This document shows positions 57,131 to 64,000 of a stretch of 64,000 bases of DNA, piece after piece. A program made the position numbers and the translations under genes. Below the pieces are notes generated by a model that saw nothing but the letters and a program-made list of their open reading frames with translations, searched no databases and was not told where the DNA came from. Origin of the DNA: Minisyncoccota bacterium (GTDB lineage: Bacteria; Patescibacteriota; Minisyncoccia; Phycocordibacterales; UBA9973); NCBI GenBank assembly GCA_041661005.1, contig JBAZVG010000001.1:543515-607514 (forward strand), in the 5' to 3' direction. Within the stretch, counting starts at the first letter, position 1. Every line of letters starts with the position of its first letter.

Positions 57131-57296
57131 AGTCTTGTCATCGCCTTCCACGACCCGCCGAAGGCGGAGTCTCGCCTACGGCGGGACGAGTCGGCGAGAT
57201 CCCGCAGTAAAGCGGGAAAAACTATCGGGAGAAATCCCTTAGAGGTTCTCATTCCCTAGGCAGATCCGCCTTGGGCGGAGACTCCTCTGTCATCCG
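57131..57296 (+). pseudogene. 3' half of a tRNA-Ser(TGA) interrupted by hairpin elements
   Basis: AGTCTTG-[nested elements]-AAAACTAT-CGGGAGAAATCCC-TT-AGAGGTTC-[31 nt]-GACTCCTCT-GTCATCCG. Confidence 0.8.
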
Positions 57297-57341
57297 CAAA
57301 TTTTCAAACTGCCAAAATAAAATATAAGCTATAATAGTATT

Positions 57342-57926
57342 ATGCAGAAAAAATTCGAAAAACTCCTAGATTTTGTAAGATTCATGCACGAGTTTAGAGA
57401 GATCGTTAGATATGAGGGTTCAAAACTCGGCAAAAAAGTTGAAACTGATTCGGAACATAGTTATCAAGTTGCAATGGTTGCTTGGTTTTTGATTGATGAG
57501 AATAATTTAAAATTGAACAAGGAACTTTGCTTAATGTATTCACTAACTCATGATTTAGTGGAAGTTTACGCCGGAGACACGTTTGTCTTTGACAAAAAAA
57601 GGTTATCCTCACAACATGAAAGAGAGAAAGGGGCATTAATAAAAATCAAAAAAAGATTTCCCTATTTTAATAATCTGATCAAAATAATAGAAAATTATGA
57701 AAAAAAAGAAGATGGAGAAAGTAAATTCATCTATGCGGTAGATAAAATAATCTCACCACTTCAAATATACATAGAAGGAGGAAAATTATGGCATGAAAAG
57801 AAGGTTTCTTTTTTAGATGCGTTCGAAAACAAGGATAAAAAGATTGCTGTATCTTCGGATGTATATAAATATTGGCAAGAACTTCTGAAAGAATTCAAAA
57901 AAAACAAAAAGATGTTTTACAATTAG
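57342..57926 (+). CDS. HD-domain phosphohydrolase (YfbR/HDDC2-like)
   Basis: ETDSEHSY, THDLVEVYAGD, AVDKI. Confidence 0.9.
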   Translation: MQKKFEKLLDFVRFMHEFREIVRYEGSKLGKKVETDSEHSYQVAMVAWFLIDENNLKLNKELCLMYSLTHDLVEVYAGDTFVFDKKRLSSQHEREKGALIKIKKRFPYFNNLIKIIENYEKKEDGESKFIYAVDKIISPLQIYIEGGKLWHEKKVSFLDAFENKDKKIAVSSDVYKYWQELLKEFKKNKKMFYN

Positions 57927-58283
57927 TTTAACGTCTGATTAAGCCTTATTCCTCAACAACCAGTTCCAACAGCGTACCCCTCGGTCGTAGCCCTACGGGT
58001 GAGACAAACTGCCTTCGCCTGCCAAAAGGTTTGTAAAGACCACATATATTGTTACACTGTAAAAAAAATAGACAAAAGATATCTAATCTGTTATACTAGC
58101 GGAGTTGAATTTTAGAAATTTATTTTAATTCGGTTTAGGGGAATATTCCATATATTATGAAGTGTTTAAAGCAAAATTTTCCACGCCACGGCGAGGTAAA
58201 TAAAATCTTTTTTAACGTACGCTTTGGGCTAGGGACAAATCCATAAATATAGGGACATGTTCTTGTAAGCTGACATAAAGCTT

Positions 58284-59816
58284 ATGAGCATAACACTGAT
58301 AACAATTTTTATAAGCGCAGGAGCGCTCCTTTTGGGTGTCGGCATCGGATACTATCTCCGCTTGATTATTGCATTGGGGAAAAGACGGTCAATTGAAATC
58401 GATATCAAGCAGATGATGGTGAGCGCAAAAGAGGAAGCACAAAAAATAACAGATGAGGCAAAAAAGACATCAGAGTCCAAACTTGCAGAGTTGAAAGAAG
58501 AAGAAAAAAAGAAAGAGCAGGAGTTTCGAGAGAGGGATATGAGGCTCATTAAAAAAGATGAGTTTCTTGATGCTCGACAGATCGAAATAGACAAAGAGGT
58601 TGAAAATATCAAAACGAGAGTAGAAGAAGTAAAAAAGATTCAAGAAAAAGTAGTAAAGGTAGAGGAAGAAAAAAGGACAGAATTGGAAAGAGTGTCAAAA
58701 TTAACACAAGAAGAAGCGAAGGAAGAACTCTTGCGAGATATCGAAAAGAAATATGAGGAAGACATCTTGACCAGAATTCAAAAACTTGAAAATAGCAACC
58801 AAGAAAAACTGGATCGTAGAGCAAAAGACATATTGGCCACAAGCATCCAACGCTTGGCTTCAAGCACAGCCTCGGAACTCATGACAACTGTGGTTTCTAT
58901 TCCCAACAACGAAATCAAAGGAAAGATAATCGGAAAAGAAGGCAGAAACATCAGAGCCTTTGAAAGGGCATCTGGGGTGGAACTCATTGTGGATGATACT
59001 CCCGGCTCCATTGTCATATCTTCATTCGATCCAATCAGAAGGCAGGTGGCAAGGCTTGCGCTAGAAAATTTGATTTTAGACGGACGTATTCAACCGGCAA
59101 AGATAGAGGAGTTAGTGGAAAAAGCAAAAGAGGAGATAAATAAAATCATTAAAGAAAAAGGTGAACAAGCGGTTTATGAATGTGGAATATTAAATTTCGA
59201 TCCACGCATCATTGCAATCATTGGACGATTGTATTTCCGTACAAGTTATGGACAAAATGTTCTTCAACATTCCATCGAGATGGCGCACATCGCCGGAATG
59301 CTCGCTGAAGAACTCGGCGCAGATGTGGCTATTGCCAAAGCCGGCGCGCTTGTTCACGACATCGGTAAGGCTCTCGATCATGAAGTACAAGGCACGCACA
59401 TCGAGATAGGTATTAGAATCCTGCAGAAATTCGGCGCTGATGAACGCATTATCACTGCAATGAAAAGTCACCATGAAGACTACCCCTATGAGACTATCGA
59501 GTCCATTATCGTTCAAACTGCCGACTCTATCTCCGGCGGACGACCTGGAGCTCGCCGAGATTCAGTAGAAAATTACCTAAAGAGACTCCAAGAATTGGAA
59601 GCATTAGTAAACACCTTCCCTGCAGTAGAGAAATCATATGCTTTGCAAGCTGGCCGTGAAATCCGCATCTTTGTTACCCCAGAAAAGATCTCTGATGCCG
59701 AAGCTAAGATCATGGCTCGCGATATAGCGTTAAAAATAGAGCAAGAACTAAAATACCCAGGTGAAATCAAGGTCACAATGATCCGTGAACTCAGGGTTAT
59801 AGAATACGCGAGGTAG
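58284..59816 (+). CDS. rny: Ribonuclease Y
   Basis: TM, coiled coil, KGKIIGKEGRNIR KH domain, HDIGK HD domain, RPGARR. Confidence 0.98.
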   Translation: MSITLITIFISAGALLLGVGIGYYLRLIIALGKRRSIEIDIKQMMVSAKEEAQKITDEAKKTSESKLAELKEEEKKKEQEFRERDMRLIKKDEFLDARQIEIDKEVENIKTRVEEVKKIQEKVVKVEEEKRTELERVSKLTQEEAKEELLRDIEKKYEEDILTRIQKLENSNQEKLDRRAKDILATSIQRLASSTASELMTTVVSIPNNEIKGKIIGKEGRNIRAFERASGVELIVDDTPGSIVISSFDPIRRQVARLALENLILDGRIQPAKIEELVEKAKEEINKIIKEKGEQAVYECGILNFDPRIIAIIGRLYFRTSYGQNVLQHSIEMAHIAGMLAEELGADVAIAKAGALVHDIGKALDHEVQGTHIEIGIRILQKFGADERIITAMKSHHEDYPYETIESIIVQTADSISGGRPGARRDSVENYLKRLQELEALVNTFPAVEKSYALQAGREIRIFVTPEKISDAEAKIMARDIALKIEQELKYPGEIKVTMIRELRVIEYAR

Positions 59817-59882
59817 AAAATATTGGAAATATAATTTTTGTCAAATTGCACAGCCTCTTGCCTTAAAAAACCCTTGATATAT

Positions 59883-59953
59883 CCCGGTAGTGAATTTTGG
59901 CAAAGCATTAAATGCGCTCGCTTTGCGAGCATTGCCAAAATCTACTAACCGGG
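59883..59953. repeat. Family B element next to the hup -10 box
   Basis: CCCGGTAGTGAATTTTGGCAA...TTGCCAAAATCTACTAACCGGG followed by TATAAT. Confidence 0.85.
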
Positions 59954-60109
59954 TATAATGTATGGGTATTAAAAATAAGGGTAAAAGTCCCGCCTGCGCA
60001 CAAAGCTTCGGCGTGGCAAGGTCGAAAGAATTATTAATAGTTAGTTAACTAGGTTCTAGCTTCTAGATTTTACTAGCAACTAGTCACTAGCATCTAAAAC
60101 CTAATCTAT

Positions 60110-60382
60110 ATGAATAAACAAGCATTAGCAGAATTTGTACACGGAAAGCTGGGTGGCACAAAAGTGCAAGCAGAAGAGATCGTAGACGGATTGTTTGGAG
60201 TTATCATCGACACTTTAAAGAAGGGCGGTGAGGTTTCAATCGCCGGCTTTGGTATCTTTTCCGTAAAACAAAGAGCTGCTCGAATGGCTCGCAATCCAAA
60301 GACTGGAGAGCAAGTCAAAGTGGAGGCAAAGAAAGTGCCAAAATTCCGAGCTGCAAAAGGTTTGAAGGACACAATTGCATAA
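60110..60382 (+). CDS. hup: DNA-binding protein HU
   Basis: MNKQAL, GFGIF, RAARMARNPKTGE, PKFRAAK. Confidence 0.97.
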   Translation: MNKQALAEFVHGKLGGTKVQAEEIVDGLFGVIIDTLKKGGEVSIAGFGIFSVKQRAARMARNPKTGEQVKVEAKKVPKFRAAKGLKDTIA

Positions 60383-60407
60383 ATTCTTTTCGCGCGAAAA
60401 GAATGAA

Positions 60408-60440
60408 CATAAAAAACACCCGATGAGGGTGTTTTTTATG
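60408..60440. terminator. Bidirectional terminator between hup and lexA
   Basis: CATAAAAAACACCC-GATGA-GGGTGTTTTTTATG. Confidence 0.85.
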
Positions 60441-60454
60441 TATTTGAGTAATTT

Positions 60455-61033
60455 CTAGTATTTCCTTATCACCGCCTTTAAAACTGCATTGATATTCAAA
60501 CTACGTTCTGGATATATCGGCTTATAATTTTTATTGGCTGGCTCGAGCCAAACTTTGTCTCCAACTTTTCTGAAATATTTTAGAGTGAATTCCCCATCTA
60601 TTTCGGCAATAACTATCTGCCCATCGCGGGCTACGTTCGCCCTTTCTACCAACACCATGTCTCCCTTTTCTATATGCGCATCTATCATTGAGTCGCCATC
60701 TACCTCAAGCATATAAGTTAGCGGTTTATTTTTTATCAAAAGATCATCCAGGTTCACAGTATCAGCTAATTCTTCCTCAACAGTAGCCGGAAAACCAGCA
60801 GTAACAAAACCAAGCATTGGGACACTGACAGTATTTTCTGCAAAAGTTTTGGTAGGTATTAGCCTACCTAAGTGATCTTTCGCCACAAGTCCTGCTTCTA
60901 GCAACTTCTCTACCACCTTGAACACTGCATTCTTTGACTTAAAACTGAAAAGTTTCATCATCTCTGAATACGTGGGCATTCTTTTATTTTCTGAATAAAA
61001 AGACTCAATCTTTGTCTGGTGTTCGTTACGCAT
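60455..61033 (-). CDS. lexA: LexA-family repressor (S24 peptidase)
   Basis: RMPTYSEM HTH, AG cleavage site in VTAGFP, GDSM Ser, TLK Lys. Confidence 0.88.
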   Translation of the reverse strand: MRNEHQTKIESFYSENKRMPTYSEMMKLFSFKSKNAVFKVVEKLLEAGLVAKDHLGRLIPTKTFAENTVSVPMLGFVTAGFPATVEEELADTVNLDDLLIKNKPLTYMLEVDGDSMIDAHIEKGDMVLVERANVARDGQIVIAEIDGEFTLKYFRKVGDKVWLEPANKNYKPIYPERSLNINAVLKAVIRKY

Positions 61034-61232
61034 GAATAGGAGTTCTAAAGAATAAATTTATAAATCTATTCATCCAACCCCTACGAGTGTGATAGCGAAC
61101 CTTTTGTAATAGCAACTTATGATCTCTCGCCTCCTTTAGATACGTCTCTCCTTGAAGTATCTTCAAATCAATCTTCTTATTAATCCTATTTATTTCTCGC
61201 TCTAACATTTTTAAATATTGTGTTTGTGACAT
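61026..61232 (-). CDS. Small basic hypothetical protein coupled to lexA
   Basis: 68 aa, overlaps the lexA start; first gene after the operator-containing promoter. Confidence 0.75.
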   Translation of the reverse strand: MSQTQYLKMLEREINRINKKIDLKILQGETYLKEARDHKLLLQKVRYHTRRGWMNRFINLFFRTPIHA

Positions 61233-61299
61233 ACTTGTCTCGCCGAAGCTTATTAAGCGAAGGCGGATGTTTATATTTCTAATACTCGACTATATGTTT

Positions 61300-61328
61300 A
61301 GTATAAGTGAACGCTCGTTCACTGTCAA
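61300..61328 (-). promoter_or_regulatory. lexA operon promoter with a palindromic SOS-box-like operator
   Basis: TTGACA-GTGAACGAGCGTTCACT-TATACT (17-nt spacer containing GAAC-N4-GTTC). Confidence 0.85.
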
Positions 61329-61418
61329 CAAACGACCTGTGGATAACTAAGGAAAACTAAAATCTAGCGAACTTGAAGCCCGCTAGAATTACTCGTCTTT
61401 CCGAGTTGCCAAGATGTT

Positions 61419-61508
61419 TCACCTTCCCTTCTTCCCTCTTTTACGATAGGGGAATCGACGATGTCCGCGCACTGCCTTAACGACCACCCCGCCAAAGCGA
61501 ATTTTCAT
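61419..61508 (-). CDS. Putative 29-aa basic peptide MKIRFGGVVVKAVRGHRRFPYRKRGKKGR
   Basis: ATGA overlap with the upstream ORF stop, followed by a terminator hairpin. Confidence 0.4.
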   Translation of the reverse strand: MKIRFGGVVVKAVRGHRRFPYRKRGKKGR

Positions 61509-61723
61509 AGGCTTAGGCGATGAGTGAATTCGGGTGGGGAAGTTTGTAGCACCACCCCCGACTGTTCAAGTGCATGCCTTTCGGCACACATGGTTGAGCA
61601 AAAGAAAAAATACTGCACTTCCTTTGCTCCGTTTTCCCCAGTGAGTACCCAATTGAATGGGAATTTGCCGTTGCACTGGGAGCAAGTAACCGTCTCCAAA
61701 TCCCAATCTTTGCCAGTGAGCAT
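61505..61723 (-). CDS. Small TRASH/FCS-type metal-binding protein
   Basis: CSQC...FFCSTMC; SD GAAAGGA. Confidence 0.65.
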   Translation of the reverse strand: MLTGKDWDLETVTCSQCNGKFPFNWVLTGENGAKEVQYFFFCSTMCAERHALEQSGVVLQTSPPEFTHRLSL

Positions 61724-61857
61724 AGAACAATTCCTTTCAAATATATTATACATCTAGTAAAACACCACAATACCCCATGCAGTGCATAACTTACCTTAGA
61801 AATTCCAAGCTAGAGGAAAGCCCAGCCCAAGACACATTTAAAATAAATAAATTTTAT

Positions 61858-62601
61858 TTACTCAAATTCTAACAACAATGGCAAATGGTCAGAAACTTCA
61901 TCTGTAAGAACTTCAAAATTTTTTACCTCAACCTCAGGAGAAACTATTATATAGTCTACAACCTCAGATCTATTTTTAAGAGAACTTCTTGTGGTGATTA
62001 TTCCATATTCCTCAACCAGATTTCTATTACCATCTTTTAAAATTGCTAAACTCTGGGTATCTGGAGACACATTCAAGTCGGCACATAAAATTCGAGCGCC
62101 TTTTGATTCGTCAAAAATTTTCTTTACTTTTTCCGATTGCAAAATACGTTTCTCGGTATCTGCTTTGCCTCTTGCTATCCACATCCCATGAAAATTAAAA
62201 ATTTTGTATGTTTTTCCTGAAAAAGAAAATTCTACAATTTGCAAATTTCTACCCATCGAAAAATAACTATCATCGTTTTCATCTTCTGTGTTATTTAATT
62301 CTGGAAAAAGGATTAAATTCTCAGTCTTCTTCACAACCCAATCTTTTTTAATAAATATCACCAGACCTCCTACGTCAATTTCAACTGGAGCGGCATAATA
62401 TCCATTAAAATCCGGGAGAATATTCTGCAGTTCGGAGAAAAGTTTTGGCTGAACATTCCCCAAAAGCGGTCTCGTTTTTTTTGCATCATGAAAAACTTCT
62501 TGGAAAGAAAAGATATCTGTGCTCAACGAATGATTTTTAATAAACTCCATCATGGGTTCATAAACAACACCACCTTGAAGATTTAAGTTAATTAATTTCA
62601 T
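61858..62601 (-). CDS. Endonuclease/exonuclease/phosphatase family protein
   Basis: NLN, FQEV, NFHG, ADLN, DYI, SDHLPL. Confidence 0.93.
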   Translation of the reverse strand: MKLINLNLQGGVVYEPMMEFIKNHSLSTDIFSFQEVFHDAKKTRPLLGNVQPKLFSELQNILPDFNGYYAAPVEIDVGGLVIFIKKDWVVKKTENLILFPELNNTEDENDDSYFSMGRNLQIVEFSFSGKTYKIFNFHGMWIARGKADTEKRILQSEKVKKIFDESKGARILCADLNVSPDTQSLAILKDGNRNLVEEYGIITTRSSLKNRSEVVDYIIVSPEVEVKNFEVLTDEVSDHLPLLLEFE

Positions 62602-62610
62602 TAAAAATGA

Positions 62611-62859
62611 TTAAAGAAACCAATAATTAATAACACCAAAAAGTATAACAGCTGTAAGTATCAGCGTACTTATAAAAGCGCCAATCTGGTCTGCATTTTT
62701 CCATGATTTATAGGAACTATACAACCAAAAAGGTTGCGATACTAAATTACTGATTAACCCCCATTCAGGTAATTTTAAAGCTGTAAGTAAAAATCCCAAC
62801 AAAGTAAAAAAAACAATAGAAACTTGCACGAAGCCATTAAAATTTAAATAGTTTCTCAT
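62611..62859 (-). CDS. Small 3-TM membrane protein
   Basis: WGLISNLVSQPFWLY, hydrophobic helices. Confidence 0.78.
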   Translation of the reverse strand: MRNYLNFNGFVQVSIVFFTLLGFLLTALKLPEWGLISNLVSQPFWLYSSYKSWKNADQIGAFISTLILTAVILFGVINYWFL

Positions 62860-62868
62860 ATTTCTATA

Positions 62869-63471
62869 TTATAATTTATTTTCCAAAGGCTTGAATAATT
62901 CTTTTAATTCTTGCATCTTATCCGAGTTAAGTTTGGCTTCAAAAAATTTTACAATAACCTCTTTTTCATAAAAATCTTGATGACCATTGGTGGCTATATC
63001 AATAAGCTTATCAAGTGTCACAGGTAATAATTTTATTTTTTCTCCCGCATCAAGGTGGAGATCAGAAACTTTTTTTAAACCTTTCGCAATAAAAGTATAT
63101 ACCACCCAATCAATTTTACTTATTGGATGTTGTGAATCCCATAAAATAAACTCTTCAGCCTCATACCCACTTTCTTCTAAAAGTTCTCTCTTGGCAGCAG
63201 AAAGTATATCTTCTCCTTCATCCACTCTGCCTCCTGTCGCTCCGACGAAAGGAGCTTTTCCGGGCTGTTCTTGTTCTGTCAAAATAATTTTTCCATCAGG
63301 AAGCACAGGGAAAACAACAACTGTGTCTGGCCGTTTTAATTTCTCAAATGTTTCTTTTGTTCCGTCAAACATTTCTTGCTCCCATTGATATACATCAAAA
63401 ATAACCCCCTTAAAAACTTTCTTGGCATTTTCGGGAATGGGTTGTTTTGATTTTGGACGATCTATATTCAT
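62869..63471 (-). CDS. NUDIX hydrolase (ADP-ribose pyrophosphatase-like)
   Basis: GGRVDEGEDILSAAKRELLEESGY Nudix box. Confidence 0.94.
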   Translation of the reverse strand: MNIDRPKSKQPIPENAKKVFKGVIFDVYQWEQEMFDGTKETFEKLKRPDTVVVFPVLPDGKIILTEQEQPGKAPFVGATGGRVDEGEDILSAAKRELLEESGYEAEEFILWDSQHPISKIDWVVYTFIAKGLKKVSDLHLDAGEKIKLLPVTLDKLIDIATNGHQDFYEKEVIVKFFEAKLNSDKMQELKELFKPLENKL

Positions 63472-63508
63472 TTATATATTATAGCAAAATTCCAGATTAC
63501 TGAATAAA

Positions 63509-64000
63509 TTAGATGCCCGTGTTGCCATAATAAGGACAATATAAAGATCCTGAAGAATGAAACATACCGCATCTGGGACAACTACCTAAGGATACACCTG
63601 ATGCAGTTGTGGTATTAACTCCAGTAACTGTTAGTGGAGACGTCCCAGTTATACTGGAATAAAAACCAGGTTGATAAATTGGGGTAGATATAGTATATGC
63701 TCCAATTGTAGCTTCGTCTTTTTTGAGACTATCTATGGCTTTTTGTATTTCTTTTTTATTGGCTGCTGTAGCTGAACTTAAAGCTTTTTCCTGTTCAATA
63801 ATAAGAATTTGTAATTTCTTTTTAGCCTCGTCTCGTCCCTTTTTAGAAAGTTCTTCGAACCTAGTTATACTTTCTTTGGAAATTTTTTCTTGTGACTCTA
63901 AAAATTCCCTAAATTTTTTCTTCTGTTCATCGCTGTTTTTCCAGAGTGCGTAACCTACAAGAATTGCAACTATGGCAATAATTACTGACAAAATACCAAC
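63509..64000 (-). CDS. Hypothetical membrane protein (start probably outside the window)
   Basis: TM, coiled coil, Thr/Ser linker, C-terminal CPRC..H...CP. Confidence 0.7.
   Translation of the reverse strand, partial: VGILSVIIAIVAILVGYALWKNSDEQKKKFREFLESQEKISKESITRFEELSKKGRDEAKKKLQILIIEQEKALSSATAANKKEIQKAIDSLKKDEATIGAYTISTPIYQPGFYSSITGTSPLTVTGVNTTTASGVSLGSCPRCGMFHSSGSLYCPYYGNTGI

Noticed and set aside
56720-57217. Group I intron in the tRNA-Ser anticodon carrying a GIY-YIG ORF
   Set aside because: No recognisable P/Q/R/S core by eye, the interval contains a complete tRNA, and the 3' half has a separate T-loop insertion, so splicing would not restore a tRNA. Not formally excluded without a covariance-model search.
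56986-57259. ORFs overlapping the tRNA-Ser region on both strands
   Set aside because: They translate tRNA and GC-rich repeats that happen to lack stop codons.
58100-58283. 6S RNA upstream of rny
   Set aside because: The position is suggestive and a promoter is present, but I could not fold a long rod with a central bubble.
36531-61346. DnaA-box-like TTATCCACA sites (36531, 61338 and similar) as a replication origin
   Set aside because: Isolated single boxes, with no cluster and no dnaA/dnaN in the window.
49-63953. Numerous 60-200 aa ORFs antisense to or nested in recognised genes
   Set aside because: Shadow frames of conserved genes with no motifs or start signals.
1-64000. CRISPR array or cas genes
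   Set aside because: Repeats are dispersed or nested, never regularly spaced with unique spacers; no Cas-like ORFs were seen.
1-64000. Stop-codon reassignment (code 25) as in Gracilibacteria/Absconditabacteria
   Set aside because: Conserved genes are full length under code 11, and TGA terminates thyX and the LAGLIDADG gene.

Overview
AT-rich bacterial chromosome segment, genetic code 11. Gene content and style fit Patescibacteria/CPR, probably Parcubacteria of the L1-lacking group (inference). Almost all genes are on the minus strand. Core genes: S10/spc ribosomal protein cluster, tuf, the str genes, rplJL, secE-nusG-rplK, rplS, rpmB, pilMNO, murB, tsaC, rny, hup and lexA. A complete de novo pyrimidine operon plus a toxin-antitoxin pair lies between fusA and tuf. 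Five apparently intact tRNAs are present (His-GTG, Leu-GAG, Arg-TCT, Val-TAC, Ser-TGA). Two things stand out. (1) Two independent loci share one layout: 5' remnant of a tRNA, a free-standing endonuclease gene (LAGLIDADG at Leu-GAG, GIY-YIG at Ser-TGA), an intact divergent tRNA with the same anticodon, then a 3' remnant. This suggests selfish endonuclease cassettes that split a tRNA gene and supply a replacement. (2) Many families of 20-150 bp palindromic elements are scattered through the window. They nest inside each other, interrupt tRNA remnants and leaders, and sit in frame inside housekeeping proteins (S17, S10, PyrF, PyrD, CarB, a DEAD-box helicase, MurB, RluA). All calls come from reading the sequence by eye; no searches were run and boundaries may be off by a few bases.
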